Below are positions 24,952 to 35,472 of a DNA stretch of 64,000 bases, piece by piece (position 1 is the first letter of the stretch; every line of letters starts with the position of its first letter). The stretch spans positions 2,368,001-2,432,000 of the forward strand of contig OZ241867.1 of assembly GCA_965203175.1 (NCBI GenBank), in the 5' to 3' direction. Both the position numbers and the translations under genes were made by a program. This DNA is from Candidatus Latescibacterota bacterium (GTDB lineage: Bacteria > Latescibacterota > UBA2968 > UBA8231). A model generated the notes under the pieces. That model was not told the DNA's origin and ran no database searches. It saw only the letters and a program-made list of their open reading frames with translations.

Positions 24952-25833
24952 TTAGGTGGGTTGCGCGGCTTTTGCCGATCCGAAGGTTGAGTGGCGCAAT
25001 ACGGTTTGGGTGGCGTAGATGGAGCCGCCGACTTTGGCGCCGGGCATCGGCATGCTCACGGGCACGTCGGCGACGCGGATGTGCCGGCTTGGCTCGCCGC
25101 GCACAAAGCTGCGGCAATAGCCGTCCCAGTCGGGCGCTGGCACCAAAGGCCAGGAGTCGCCAGCGCAATACTGCAAGAGCAGGAGTCGGCGCGGATTCGG
25201 CGAGGTGTTGGGTAGGGAGCCGTGCAGGGCGCGGACGTGGTGGAGGGAGATGCCGCCGGCTGTTAGCTCGATCTTTTCGGCTGCGGAGTCGTCGAAATCC
25301 GCTGTGGTCACCGCGCCGGCGAAATGGCCGTCGAGGTGGTGGTTGTAGATCGGTCCCTTGTGCGACCCGGGGATGACGAGCAAGCAGCCGTTGGTCTCAT
25401 TCATGTCGTCGATGCACACGCCCACGGCGAGGAGGTCGTCATTGGTATGCGGATAAAAAGCCCAGTCCTGATGCCACTCCACTGGGCTGCCGAACTCGCC
25501 GGATTTCATGTTGAGCTTGTCGCCGTTGGTGCGGATGCGCGGGCCGATTAACTGGCCGACGATGTCCAGAATCCGCTCGTGGTGCAGCGTGTTGCGGTAA
25601 ATCTCGTGCTGGGCGACCGGGCTTTTGAGCCGCCGTAGCTTGGGGTTGTCGGGCGCGTGTCCCGGTTCCAAGTCGAATACAGAATCGCTTTCTGTCGCGG
25701 CGCGGGACTGATCGACGAATTCGTCGGTGGTCTGCCGCAGTGCCTCGACCTCTCCGGCGTCTAGTACTCCCTCGACGCCGAGGTATCCTTTTTCGTGGTA
25801 GCTGGTGATTTGTTCTTGAGTCAGCATGGACAT
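24952..25833 (-). CDS. Phytanoyl-CoA dioxygenase (PhyH) family Fe/2OG dioxygenase
   Basis: WHQD, NGCLLVIPGSHK and LHGS motifs. Confidence 0.92.
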   Translation of the reverse strand: MSMLTQEQITSYHEKGYLGVEGVLDAGEVEALRQTTDEFVDQSRAATESDSVFDLEPGHAPDNPKLRRLKSPVAQHEIYRNTLHHERILDIVGQLIGPRIRTNGDKLNMKSGEFGSPVEWHQDWAFYPHTNDDLLAVGVCIDDMNETNGCLLVIPGSHKGPIYNHHLDGHFAGAVTTADFDDSAAEKIELTAGGISLHHVRALHGSLPNTSPNPRRLLLLQYCAGDSWPLVPAPDWDGYCRSFVRGEPSRHIRVADVPVSMPMPGAKVGGSIYATQTVLRHSTFGSAKAAQPT

Positions 25834-25840
25834 TTCTCCG

Positions 25841-26584
25841 TCATTTTAGCCTGAGTATTTCGCGTTGTTGCTCGGGCAATGCCTCGTAGATTTCGTTACT
25901 GAAGCGCAGGTGCTGTCCGCCCCAATCGGGCATGTATCCTGTGCTGTAGCAATAATATAGGGTCCGGCGAGGGCGACCGGAAGTATTGACTAGCGAGCCG
26001 TGGGTCAATGCCTCGGTAAAGATGATGGCGTCCCCGGCGGCGGCTGGCACTGCTTGTAGCGCCGGGTTTTCGTCTGGGTGAGGACCCCAAGGCCTAGGGA
26101 AATTGCTTTTGTGAGCACCTGGAATCACTGCGAAGCAGCCGTCTTCCTCGGCGCAGTCGAGCAAGGGAAAGACCGCCTTGGTTAGGGTCGAGACCATCTG
26201 CCCGTTGCGGCAGTGATACTGACACTTGGGAATGATGGGCGTGCCGTGCATGTGCAGGCCAGTGTAGCCGCCGCCCCAGCGATAGATGGTATAGGTGTGG
26301 TTGAGTCGGTACGGTCCTCCGGTGACTGTGGCGACGACATCTAGGACGGCGGGAATATCGATCAATGCGCGGAAGACTTCGTCTCCTTCGAGAATGTTTG
26401 AAATATAGAGGTTCTGTTGCGTGCGCTGGTCGCCTAAACACAGCGGCGGTGGGTAATCGGCCTCGTCCATGGTTTCGAAGCGGTCCAGAACCTGATTGCA
26501 GGCGGCGACCACTGCTGCGGGCACGACGCCCTTGAGGACGATGTAGCCCTGCAGGTCGAAGAGGTACTGCTGTTGAGCGTCCAT
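25841..26584 (-). CDS. PhyH family dioxygenase
   Basis: YLFDLQGY, IPGAHKSNF, AGDAIIFTEALTHGS. Start at MDAQQ. Confidence 0.88.
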   Translation of the reverse strand: MDAQQQYLFDLQGYIVLKGVVPAAVVAACNQVLDRFETMDEADYPPPLCLGDQRTQQNLYISNILEGDEVFRALIDIPAVLDVVATVTGGPYRLNHTYTIYRWGGGYTGLHMHGTPIIPKCQYHCRNGQMVSTLTKAVFPLLDCAEEDGCFAVIPGAHKSNFPRPWGPHPDENPALQAVPAAAGDAIIFTEALTHGSLVNTSGRPRRTLYYCYSTGYMPDWGGQHLRFSNEIYEALPEQQREILRLK

Positions 26585-26732
26585 GATATGTTTCCCTTTG
26601 CTGGTATTGCTGCCTATCATCTCTTTATTTGAATGTGCGCTGGCGGTTGGTACGCAAAGCAAGAAATTGCTCCTTGCCGGACGATGGGGCAAGCAGCCGA
26701 CCGGGCCGCACCTAAATGGAGGGCTTGCACTT

Positions 26733-27527
26733 GTGACTGACGCCAATTACGACAATCCCTGGTGGCCGCTGATATACGACCAGTGGAACGAGCGGGGCGA
26801 CAGGCAGCAGACGCATGAGCGCGAGTTCCAATTCTACAGCAAGCAGCTCGCCGGAGAGACGGGTCCGGTCCTCGAAGCGGCTTGCGGCACTGGTTCGATT
26901 CTGCTCCGCCTTTTGCGCCAGGGCGTTGACATCAGAGGTTTCGATTGCGCCGCAGGGATGCTGGCCGTTTTGCGCCGCAAGGCAGCGGCTATAGGGTTGG
27001 GTGATATCGACTGCCGCGTCTGCTGTCAGGACATGGTTGATTTCTGCTATGACCAGTCCTTTGCGGCCATCCTAATTCCGGCCAGTTCGTTCATGCTCTT
27101 GCCCACACAGGCGGCCCAAATCGCCTGTCTCGAACGCATTCGCGCCCATCTGGTGCCTGGCGGGCGGCTACTAATGAACTTCTATATCCCTTCGCTTGCC
27201 GACGACCTGCTTGCCCACATCGATCCGTCCCCGTCGCTGGAGGAATTCGGCGAATTCTCCCACCCCCAAACAGGCCGCCAAATCAGCGTCCGGTTCAAAA
27301 AGATCGTTGATCTGGGCGAGCAGACTGAGCGCTACCAGTGGTTTTTTGCTTACGACGGAGAAACAGAGATAATCCCCATGACGGCGCGGTGGATCTACAA
27401 AGAAGAATTTCAGCTATTGCTGCGCCTAGCAGGATTTAGCCGCTGGCAGCTTTTTGGCACCCACGACGGCCAGCCATACGCAGGTTCAAAAGAGATCGGG
27501 ACGACGTACTGGATCGTCGGTCGCTGA
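26733..27527 (+). CDS. Class I SAM-dependent methyltransferase
   Basis: VLEAACGTG, GFD, HLVPGGRL. GGAGG RBS before GTG. Confidence 0.88.
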   Translation: MTDANYDNPWWPLIYDQWNERGDRQQTHEREFQFYSKQLAGETGPVLEAACGTGSILLRLLRQGVDIRGFDCAAGMLAVLRRKAAAIGLGDIDCRVCCQDMVDFCYDQSFAAILIPASSFMLLPTQAAQIACLERIRAHLVPGGRLLMNFYIPSLADDLLAHIDPSPSLEEFGEFSHPQTGRQISVRFKKIVDLGEQTERYQWFFAYDGETEIIPMTARWIYKEEFQLLLRLAGFSRWQLFGTHDGQPYAGSKEIGTTYWIVGR

Positions 27528-27648
27528 GCGGATCAAGGTGATAAACGCCGCTGAAATCGATTACTGGTCGCCGCCAAAGCAGTTTGCATCCCCACCTGCA
27601 AATACAGAAATTATGTCCGTTCATTGCAAGGAGAATTGAGGTCCTATT

Positions 27649-28137
27649 TTGCCAAACACGCTGCGCAGAACGCTTAGTCTTCTCATCTTGCTGTTTTTGA
27701 TCTGGCTTCTTTTGTCGGGCATTTACACGGGTCTGCTCTTGGGCTTGGGCGTGCTCTCGTGCCTCGTGGTCGTCGCTGTCTGCCGCCGCATGAAGATCGT
27801 CGATCCCGAGGGGCATCCCACCCACCTAGTTATCGGCATGATGCGCTATATGCCTTGGTTCCTCTGGGCGGTAACCAGAGCCAATATCGATGTCGTGCGG
27901 CGGATCTTAGACCCTCGGCTGCCGATAGCACCCCGCGTAATCCGAATCGAGGCAAGCCAAAAGACCCACTTGGGGCAAGTTATTTACGCCAACTCCATCA
28001 CCCTGACGCCGGGCACGGTCGCCGTTGAAACCGACGAGGGCATCGTTGATGTCCACGCCTTGACCCGCGAATCCGCCGAGGATGTGCGCTCTGGGGACAT
28101 GGACCGCCGCGTAACCGACATGGAGGGGGAGAGCTAG
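27649..28137 (+). CDS. mrpE: Na+/H+ antiporter subunit E
   Basis: YANSITLTPGT and VHAL motifs. Confidence 0.92.
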   Translation: MPNTLRRTLSLLILLFLIWLLLSGIYTGLLLGLGVLSCLVVVAVCRRMKIVDPEGHPTHLVIGMMRYMPWFLWAVTRANIDVVRRILDPRLPIAPRVIRIEASQKTHLGQVIYANSITLTPGTVAVETDEGIVDVHALTRESAEDVRSGDMDRRVTDMEGES

Positions 28138-28403
28138 TGTTCGCTGCTGCAATGGTCGGGGTGCTGGCCACCATGCTGCTGGCCTTAGTGCGCGCGCTGA
28201 AAGGCCCCACCGTGTACGATCGCGTGCTCGCCGTCAATATGTTCGGGACCAAGACCGTATTGCTTTTGTCGGTCATCGGCTTTTTGACCGGTCGGCCCGA
28301 TTTTCTCGACTTGGGGCTGGTCTATGCGCTAATCAATTTCATCGGCACCATCGCCATCCTCAAATACGTCTCGACCGCTGGCGAGGAGGAGGCCCAAGCC
28401 TGA
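28137..28403 (+). CDS. mrpF: Na+/H+ antiporter subunit F
   Basis: GPTVYDRVLAVN, YALINFIGT. Confidence 0.92.
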   Translation: MFAAAMVGVLATMLLALVRALKGPTVYDRVLAVNMFGTKTVLLLSVIGFLTGRPDFLDLGLVYALINFIGTIAILKYVSTAGEEEAQA

Positions 28404-28717
28404 TGGAAGCACTGCTCTACTACGCTAGCTGGGCCTGTCTGCTGTTGGGGGCTGGCTTTTGCTTCGTCGGCGGTTTGGGTCTCCTGCGGTTGCCCGACTT
28501 CTACAGCCGCATGCACGGCGGCGGTGTCACCGATACGTTGGGCGCGGGTTTGATTCTGTTGGGGCTTATGTTCCAGAGTGGTCTGTCGCTGGCGACTGTC
28601 AAGCTGGTGATGATCGGGTTGTTCTTGCTGCTGGCCAGCCCCGTCGCCACCCACGCCATCGCCCGTGCGGCGCGGCACAGTGGGCTTGCGCCTCAAGGCA
28701 CTGGGGAGGAACAGTGA
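28403..28717 (+). CDS. mrpG: Na+/H+ antiporter subunit G
   Basis: GLLRLPDFYSRMH, PVATHAIARAA. Confidence 0.92.
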   Translation: MEALLYYASWACLLLGAGFCFVGGLGLLRLPDFYSRMHGGGVTDTLGAGLILLGLMFQSGLSLATVKLVMIGLFLLLASPVATHAIARAARHSGLAPQGTGEEQ

Positions 28718-29685
28718 CTATCGCGCTAGTTGACATCGCGCTGATGACGTTCCTCGCCGTCATCGCTGTGGCCATTACCCAGGTGCGGGACCTTTTTGCC
28801 GCGGTGGTGCTCACTGGCATCTTCAGCTTGCTCTCGGCCTGTATCTTTACCTCGCTCGACGCGGTCGATGTGGCTTTCACCGAAGCGGCGGTGGGTGCCG
28901 GCTTGGCGACGGTTCTCTTCTTGGCCGCGCTCTCCTTGACCGGGCCTAGAGAAAAGACCCAACCCCACCACTCTTGGAGCGGCCTCTGCGTCTGCCTCCT
29001 CACCGGCGGTGCGCTCATCTACGGCACGCTGGATATGCCGCACTTAGGCGATCCCAACGCCCCGGTCCATCAGCACGTGGCCCCTCGCTATATTGCCGAG
29101 TCGCCCGAGGAGATCGGCATTCCCAATATGGTCACCTCCGTGCTGGCCAGCTACCGGGGCTACGACACCTTGGGCGAGGTAACGGTGATCTTCACCGCTG
29201 GACTAGCAGTGTTGTTGCTGTTGCGCGGCAGCGGCACTAGACTGGATGCGGCCGCCGACCAAGCGATGCGACACGCGATGATCCTCCGCGTCGTCTCCAA
29301 GCTCTTCATTCCGCTGATTCTGCTCTTTGGGCTCTACGTGCAGTTCCACGGCGACTTCGGTCCGGGTGGCGGTTTTCAGGCGGGCGTGATCTTTGCCGCG
29401 GCCTTTATTCTGTACGCCTTGATCTATGGGGTCGAGGAGGCGCGCCGGGTGGCCCCTGCTGGTCGCGTCCAAGTCTTTTTCGCCTTGGGGCTCCTGCTCT
29501 ACATCGGCACGGGCTTGGCCTGCCTGTTGGCCGGGGGCAATTTCCTCGAATACAAGGTGCTAGCCAGCGAACCCACCTACGGTGAGCACTATGGCATTTT
29601 GTTGATTGAGCTAGGGGTTGGCATTACCGTGGCCGCCGTGGTAATCAGCATCTTCTGCCACTTCGCCAGTCGGGAGCGGCCATGA
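28714..29685 (+). CDS. mrpB: Na+/H+ antiporter subunit B with N-terminal DUF4040 domain
   Basis: DVAFTEAAVGAG, YRGYDTLGE, GPGGGFQAG. GTGA overlap. Confidence 0.88.
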   Translation: MTIALVDIALMTFLAVIAVAITQVRDLFAAVVLTGIFSLLSACIFTSLDAVDVAFTEAAVGAGLATVLFLAALSLTGPREKTQPHHSWSGLCVCLLTGGALIYGTLDMPHLGDPNAPVHQHVAPRYIAESPEEIGIPNMVTSVLASYRGYDTLGEVTVIFTAGLAVLLLLRGSGTRLDAAADQAMRHAMILRVVSKLFIPLILLFGLYVQFHGDFGPGGGFQAGVIFAAAFILYALIYGVEEARRVAPAGRVQVFFALGLLLYIGTGLACLLAGGNFLEYKVLASEPTYGEHYGILLIELGVGITVAAVVISIFCHFASRERP

Positions 29686-30038
29686 GCTCGTTCCTCGGTC
29701 TGTACAACTACTGGATCGTCATTTTCCTGATGATGGCCGGCTTCTACAACGTCATTGCCCGCGGCAATCTGATTAGGAAGCTGGTTGGCCTCAATATTTT
29801 CCAGACCTCGGTTTTTTTGCTCTACATTAGTATGGGCAAAGTCGAGGGAGGGACTGCGCCCATACTCGCCGAAGGCGTGACGGCGTACTCCAACCCTCTG
29901 CCCCATGTCCTCATTCTCACCGCCATTGTCGTCGGCATCGCCACTACCGCTGTGGGATTGGCGCTGGTGGTGCGCATTCGCGCGGCCTACGGGACCATCG
30001 AAGAAGACGAAATCCAACGCCGGGAAGAGGGGTCGTGA
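29682..30038 (+). CDS. mrpC: Na+/H+ antiporter subunit C
   Basis: NPLPHVLILTAIVVG. Confidence 0.93.
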   Translation: MSSFLGLYNYWIVIFLMMAGFYNVIARGNLIRKLVGLNIFQTSVFLLYISMGKVEGGTAPILAEGVTAYSNPLPHVLILTAIVVGIATTAVGLALVVRIRAAYGTIEEDEIQRREEGS

Positions 30039-31516
30039 TCGCCGCCCATCTACCCGCCCTGCAGATCGTCTTGCCGCTGGTCGCTGCGCCGCTTTGCCTA
30101 TTGCTGCGTCCGCAGCGCTTGCTGTGGCCGTTTGTCGTGGCCGTCGGCTGGGGTACGCTGGTACTGGCCGCGCTACTGTTGCAGCAAGTCCTCTCCTACG
30201 GTCCCATCTCCTATGCCTTGGGCGGCTGGAGCGCACCTTGGGGCATTGAGTTCCGGGTAGATGTCTTCAATGCGTATTTGATTCTACTGGTGGCGCTAAT
30301 CGGTGCCGTGGTCCTGACCTACGCACCGGCGAGTGCGGCGCGCGAAGTCGAAGCAGAGCGCCGCCCGTATTTCTGCGCGATTTTTCTGCTTTGTCTCGCT
30401 GGTTTGCTGGGCATTGCCATTACCGGCGACGCTTTTAACGTCTTCGTGTTTATGGAGATCTCGTCGCTTTCGGCGTATGGGCTGATTAGTCTCGGTCGGG
30501 ATCGCCGCGCCCTTATGGCGACGTATAACTACCTGATCTTGGGCACGATTGGTGCGACCTTTATCCTGATCGGCATCGGCCTGATGTACGCGATGACCGG
30601 CACGCTCAACATGGCCGATCTCGCCGGGCGGATCGAAGCCGTCTCCCAAACCCGCACCATCCATGTGGCCTTTGCCTTTATAAGCGTCGGTTTCACCCTC
30701 AAGATGGCGCTTTTTCCGCTGCATATCTGGTTGCCCAATGCGTACACCTATGCGCCTTCGGCCGTTACCGCCTTTATCGCGGCGACTGCGACTAAGATCG
30801 CAGCGTACGCCTTCCTGCGCTTTGTCTTCACGATTTTTGGCGCGGACTTTGCCTTTGGGACCATGCACCTCGATGTCCTGCTCTTGCCGCTGGTGCTCTT
30901 GGGCATTTTCATCGCCTCAGCCGTGGCCATCTACCAGACCGATCTCAAGCGGCTTTTGGCCTATTCGAGCGTGGCGCAGATCGGCTATGTGATGCTCGGG
31001 GTTAGCTTAGGATCGGCCACCGGACTGACAGCCGGCATCGTCCATCTTTTCAATCACGCACTGATGAAGGCGGCGCTCTTCCTAGTCGCTGGCTGCATCT
31101 TCCTTCGCATCAACTCCCTGCAATTGACTGACCTCAGTGGGTTGGGCAAGCGCCTGCCGCTGACTTCGTGCGCTTTTGTTCTCGCTGGTTTGGGGCTAGT
31201 CGGTGTGCCGTTTACCGTGGGCTTTATCAGCAAGTGGTACTTGATCCTGGGTGCGCTGGAGCACGGGTGGTGGCCAGTGGCGGCGCTGGTGGTGGTCAGC
31301 TCGCTGCTGGCGCTGGTCTATATCTGGCGCTTTGTCGAAATCGCCTATTTCCGCCCGGTTCCCGAAGATGCCGCGCCTGTTGCCGAAGCCCCCTTCTTGA
31401 TGCAAATCCCAGTATGGCTACTCATCGCGCTTACCATTGGTTTGGGAATGCAGACCTCGTTGACGGCTGGGGTCGCTCGCAAGGCGGCGCATTGGCTCTT
31501 AGGTGTTGCTCCATGA
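30035..31516 (+). CDS. mrpD: Na+/H+ antiporter subunit D
   Basis: GDAFNVFVFME, KMALFPLHIWLP, KRLLAYSS. Confidence 0.92.
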   Translation: MIAAHLPALQIVLPLVAAPLCLLLRPQRLLWPFVVAVGWGTLVLAALLLQQVLSYGPISYALGGWSAPWGIEFRVDVFNAYLILLVALIGAVVLTYAPASAAREVEAERRPYFCAIFLLCLAGLLGIAITGDAFNVFVFMEISSLSAYGLISLGRDRRALMATYNYLILGTIGATFILIGIGLMYAMTGTLNMADLAGRIEAVSQTRTIHVAFAFISVGFTLKMALFPLHIWLPNAYTYAPSAVTAFIAATATKIAAYAFLRFVFTIFGADFAFGTMHLDVLLLPLVLLGIFIASAVAIYQTDLKRLLAYSSVAQIGYVMLGVSLGSATGLTAGIVHLFNHALMKAALFLVAGCIFLRINSLQLTDLSGLGKRLPLTSCAFVLAGLGLVGVPFTVGFISKWYLILGALEHGWWPVAALVVVSSLLALVYIWRFVEIAYFRPVPEDAAPVAEAPFLMQIPVWLLIALTIGLGMQTSLTAGVARKAAHWLLGVAP

Positions 31517-32967
31517 GTACTTCTACCGCCATCGCTGCGGCTGTGCTCCTGCCTTTGGGTGTCGCGCCATTGATCGCCCTTTTGGGCCGCCGTCCCAATT
31601 TGCGCGAGACTGCGACCTTACTCGCCGCTTTAGGTACGTTTGCTGCGGTCTGCACCTTGGTGCCCAAAGTCGCCGCAGGTGCCCGGCCGTCGGTACATCT
31701 GGTGGAGGTCTTTCCGGGTCTGTCCCTAGCCTTTGAAGTCGAACCACTCGGCGCGCTCTTTGCGCTGATCGCCGCTGGGTTGTGGATGGCGACCTCGGTG
31801 TACTCCATCGGCTACATGCGGGGACATCACGAGGAAAACCAGACCCGCTTCTTCGCCTTCTTCGCCTTGGCGATCGCCGGTGCCTTGGGGGCGGCATTTG
31901 CCGGCAACATGCTGACGCTGTTTTTCTGCTATGAGGCGCTGACGCTTTCGACCTATCCGCTGGTCACCCACCACCGCAGTTCGGAGGCTAAAGCGGGGGG
32001 ACGCATCTATCTGGGCATTCTGCTTTCGACCTCGATCGGTTTCCTGCTCGCAGGCGTGGTCGCCACCTACTACATCGCTGGGACTCTTGATTTCGTTTCC
32101 GGCGGCATCCTCGCCGGCAAGGCCCCGACATGGACCATCGGCGTCCTGCTTTTTCTCTATGCCTTTGGCACTGGCAAGGCCGCGCTGATGCCCTTCCACC
32201 GCTGGCTCCCCGCCGCTATGGTGGCTCCGGCACCAGTCAGCGCCCTTCTACACGCGGTGGCCGTGGTCAAGGCCGGCGTCTTCACCATCCTCAAGGTGGT
32301 CGTCTATATCTTCGGCATCGACCTGCTCGCCGACACGGGTTTGGGCACCTATCTGGCCTACGCGGCCTGCGCCACGATTCTCATTGGCTCGCTGGTGGCC
32401 ATGACCAAGGACAACCTCAAGGCCCGCTTGGCGTATTCCACCGTCAGTCAGCTCTCCTACATCGTGCTTGGCGCAGCCCTAGCCAATAGCTGGGGCGTGC
32501 TCGGCGGCAGTCTGCACATCGCCATGCACGCCTTCGGCAAGATCACGCTCTTCTTCTGCGCCGGGGCCATCGCGGTCGCCCTGCACAAAACCGAGATTAG
32601 CGAGATGAAAGGGATCGGCCGGCAAATGCCGTGGACGATGGGGGCCTTTCTCGTCGGCTCGCTAAGCATCATCGGCTTGCCGCCGCTAGGAGGCGCTTGG
32701 AGCAAGTGGTACCTCATTCTCGCCGGGTTGGACGCCGAGCAGTACGTGGCTATTGGCGTACTCTTGGTAAGTTCACTGCTCAACATTGCCTATTTATTGC
32801 CGGTGGCGGTCAACGCCTTCTTCTACGCAGCACCCGATGGAGAAGACGGCCTACAGGAAGCCCCGCTGGCCTGCGTCCTGCCGTTGATTTGCACGGCGCT
32901 GGGCGGACTGGTGCTCTTCCTCTATCCCGACCCCTTCCTCGACCTCTGCCGCCAGATCGGAGGATAA
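31513..32967 (+). CDS. MrpD/MrpA-like antiporter subunit (second)
   Basis: WLPAAMVAPAPVSALLHA, KARLAYSTVSQ. Confidence 0.9.
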   Translation: MSTSTAIAAAVLLPLGVAPLIALLGRRPNLRETATLLAALGTFAAVCTLVPKVAAGARPSVHLVEVFPGLSLAFEVEPLGALFALIAAGLWMATSVYSIGYMRGHHEENQTRFFAFFALAIAGALGAAFAGNMLTLFFCYEALTLSTYPLVTHHRSSEAKAGGRIYLGILLSTSIGFLLAGVVATYYIAGTLDFVSGGILAGKAPTWTIGVLLFLYAFGTGKAALMPFHRWLPAAMVAPAPVSALLHAVAVVKAGVFTILKVVVYIFGIDLLADTGLGTYLAYAACATILIGSLVAMTKDNLKARLAYSTVSQLSYIVLGAALANSWGVLGGSLHIAMHAFGKITLFFCAGAIAVALHKTEISEMKGIGRQMPWTMGAFLVGSLSIIGLPPLGGAWSKWYLILAGLDAEQYVAIGVLLVSSLLNIAYLLPVAVNAFFYAAPDGEDGLQEAPLACVLPLICTALGGLVLFLYPDPFLDLCRQIGG

Positions 32968-32971
32968 GGCC

Positions 32972-33232
32972 ATGAACTCAGAGAAAAAACATCTATTCGA
33001 CCAGCCGCGGAACGTCCACCGCTTGATATGGGTCTTCTTCGTCCTCTGCGCCTTGCTCTTGGGTGCGGACTTGCTCTTTCATCGGCACTTGAACTTTGCT
33101 GAAGGTGTCTTCCCGGTTGAAGGATGGTTCGGCTTTTACGCGATATACGGGTTTGTCGCTTGCGTGCTGTTGGTTTTGACGGCCACGCAAATGCGCAAGG
33201 TGCTGATGCGCCGCGAGGATTACTATGACTAG
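32972..33232 (+). CDS. Small membrane protein within the mrp operon
   Basis: Two hydrophobic segments and an R-x-EDYY C-terminus; overlaps the next gene. Confidence 0.75.
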   Translation: MNSEKKHLFDQPRNVHRLIWVFFVLCALLLGADLLFHRHLNFAEGVFPVEGWFGFYAIYGFVACVLLVLTATQMRKVLMRREDYYD

Positions 33233-34913
33233 TTTTCACCCAGCGGCCTTCTTGCTGTTAGGTGGGCTGTTGTTGCCCGTCTTGCCGCTGGCCGCGCGGC
33301 GGGTGGCGTTGCTCCTTTTGCCGCTAGCCGGATTTTACAATCTCCTCGGCTATCAGGTTGGTGACGGTCAAGTCGGCTCCCTAGCCGGATACGAGCTGCA
33401 CTGGGTGCGCGTTGATCAGCTCAGCCTGCTCTTTGGCTATCTCTTTCACTTGGCCGCCTTCCTCGCCGCGCTGTTCTCGCTGCACCTGCGCGACCGCTTG
33501 CAACAGGCGACTGGCTTTCTGTACGCGGGCGCGGCCGTGGGCGCGGTCTTTGCCGGCGATCTCATTGTGCTCTTCATCTTCTGGGAGTTATTGGCGATTT
33601 CTTCGGTCTTCCAGATTTGGGCCAGCCAGAGCGACAGGGCCATCGCTGCGGGTACGCGCTACCTGTTGATCCACATTAGCTCTGGCCTGCTGCTCTTGGT
33701 CGGCACGGCGTGGCACTACCAGCAGACCGGCTCGCTGGCGCTGGGGCATCTGGGCATCGATAGCTGGGCCACGCGGCTGATTTTCCTCGGAGTTGGCATT
33801 AAATGCGCCTTTCCATTCTTGCACTCGTGGCTGGTGGATGCCTACCCAGAGTCCACGCCCACTGGCGCGGTTTTTTTGAGTTCCTTTACCACCAAGACCG
33901 CGGTCTATGTGTTGGCGCGCAGTTTTGCCGGCACCGAATGTCTGCTCTACATCGGCGCGGCCATGGCGATGTTCCCCATCTTCTATGCGGTTATTGAAAA
34001 CGATCTGCGCCGCGTGTTGGGCTACAGCATGATCAACCAGATCGGCTTTATGGTAGTAGGCGTCGGCTTGGGGCCGGGCATGGGCGTCAACGGCGCGGTT
34101 GCCCACGCCTTTAACGACGTGCTCTTCAAGGGCCTGCTCTTTATGTCGATGGGTGCCGTGCTCTATCGCACCGGCAAGATCAACGGCTCGGATCTCGGGG
34201 GCCTGTACAAATCCATGCCTTGGACTTGCGGCTTTTGCATGATCGGGGCCGCGTCGATTTCGGCTTTTCCGCTCTTTAGCGGCTTTGTCAGCAAGTCCAT
34301 GGTCATGCAGGCCGCGGCCAACGAGGGCCACCTCGTGGTGTGGCTGCTACTGCTGTTTGCCTCGGCTGGCGTCTTCCATCACGCTGGCATCAAAATTCCC
34401 TTCTTTGCTTTCTTCGCCCATGACGCGGGGATTCGCTGCCGCGAAGCGCCGCGCAACATGCTCTTGGCGATGGGGATTGGGGCGGCGCTGTGCATTGGCA
34501 TCGGTTCGTTCCCGCACTATCTGTACAGACTCCTGCCCTACCCGGTTGCCTACGAGCCGTACGATGCGACCCACATCGTTTTACAACTCCAGTTGTTGTT
34601 CTTTTCGGCACTGGCCTTTGTCGCGCTCAAGCTGACGGGCATCTACCCGCCGGAGCTGCGCTCGGCCAATATCGACGTGGACTGGACCTATCGAAAGCTG
34701 CTGCCAAGTGCAGCGCGGTTGTGCGTGCAGGTGGGTGCGCCGCTGTGGGATGGATTGATCGCCTGGGGCAAGCAACAGGTCTTCGCTCTAATAGATCAGG
34801 TACGCCAGTACCACGGCCCGACGGGCGTCTTTGCGCGGGCGTGGCCTATTAGTAGCAGCGTGTTGTTGGTGACGATTTTCTTGGCAGTGTACTTGTTTGT
34901 GTACTTGGGATGA
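33225..34913 (+). CDS. MrpD-like antiporter subunit (third)
   Basis: WLVDAYPE, FTTKTAVY, ENDLRRVLGYS. Confidence 0.9.
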   Translation: MTSFHPAAFLLLGGLLLPVLPLAARRVALLLLPLAGFYNLLGYQVGDGQVGSLAGYELHWVRVDQLSLLFGYLFHLAAFLAALFSLHLRDRLQQATGFLYAGAAVGAVFAGDLIVLFIFWELLAISSVFQIWASQSDRAIAAGTRYLLIHISSGLLLLVGTAWHYQQTGSLALGHLGIDSWATRLIFLGVGIKCAFPFLHSWLVDAYPESTPTGAVFLSSFTTKTAVYVLARSFAGTECLLYIGAAMAMFPIFYAVIENDLRRVLGYSMINQIGFMVVGVGLGPGMGVNGAVAHAFNDVLFKGLLFMSMGAVLYRTGKINGSDLGGLYKSMPWTCGFCMIGAASISAFPLFSGFVSKSMVMQAAANEGHLVVWLLLLFASAGVFHHAGIKIPFFAFFAHDAGIRCREAPRNMLLAMGIGAALCIGIGSFPHYLYRLLPYPVAYEPYDATHIVLQLQLLFFSALAFVALKLTGIYPPELRSANIDVDWTYRKLLPSAARLCVQVGAPLWDGLIAWGKQQVFALIDQVRQYHGPTGVFARAWPISSSVLLVTIFLAVYLFVYLG

Positions 34914-34920
34914 CTCTGCC

Positions 34921-35406
34921 TCAGAGTTGTAAGGCCGTGCGGATGGTCGCGGCAATGGCTGCGGGCGAAGGTCCGATGTCCACGCTCAGTGCGTCGTGCG
35001 GTTCTTCGAGGGTTGCAAACTGGCTGTCGAGCAGGCTGGCCGGCATGTAGCGGTGCTGCCGCGTCTCGAGTCGCTGGGCGATGAGTGTCTTTGAGCCTTT
35101 GAGATGGACGATCTGCACACCGGGCCGCCCGCGGACCAAGATGTCGCGGTAGTTTTGTTTGAGCGCCGAGCAACCGAGTATCGCGCCTTGCTCAGCACAA
35201 AGCCATTGGCCGATGGCCGCAGAGAGGATCTCCAGCCAAGGCCAGCGATCCTCATCGGTAAGCGGCGTACCGCTGGCCATTTTGTGCACGTTGGCTTCTG
35301 GGTGGAAATCGTCCGCATCGTAATAAGCCCATCCGAGCTGTTGGGCGAGTTGTTCGCCCACCGTCGTCTTACCGCTGCCCGTTACGCCCATTAGTACGAT
35401 GACCAT
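34921..35406 (-). CDS. gntK: Gluconokinase (GntK/IdnK type)
   Basis: MGVTGSGKTT, DADDFHP, PLTDEDRWPWL, CSALK, LLDSQFATLE. Confidence 0.93.
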   Translation of the reverse strand: MVIVLMGVTGSGKTTVGEQLAQQLGWAYYDADDFHPEANVHKMASGTPLTDEDRWPWLEILSAAIGQWLCAEQGAILGCSALKQNYRDILVRGRPGVQIVHLKGSKTLIAQRLETRQHRYMPASLLDSQFATLEEPHDALSVDIGPSPAAIAATIRTALQL

Positions 35407-35472
35407 GCGCTTGATCTCCCGCGTTGTGCGCTGCGGGCTTGAACATATAGGAGCGCGTCTGTTGCAACAAGG

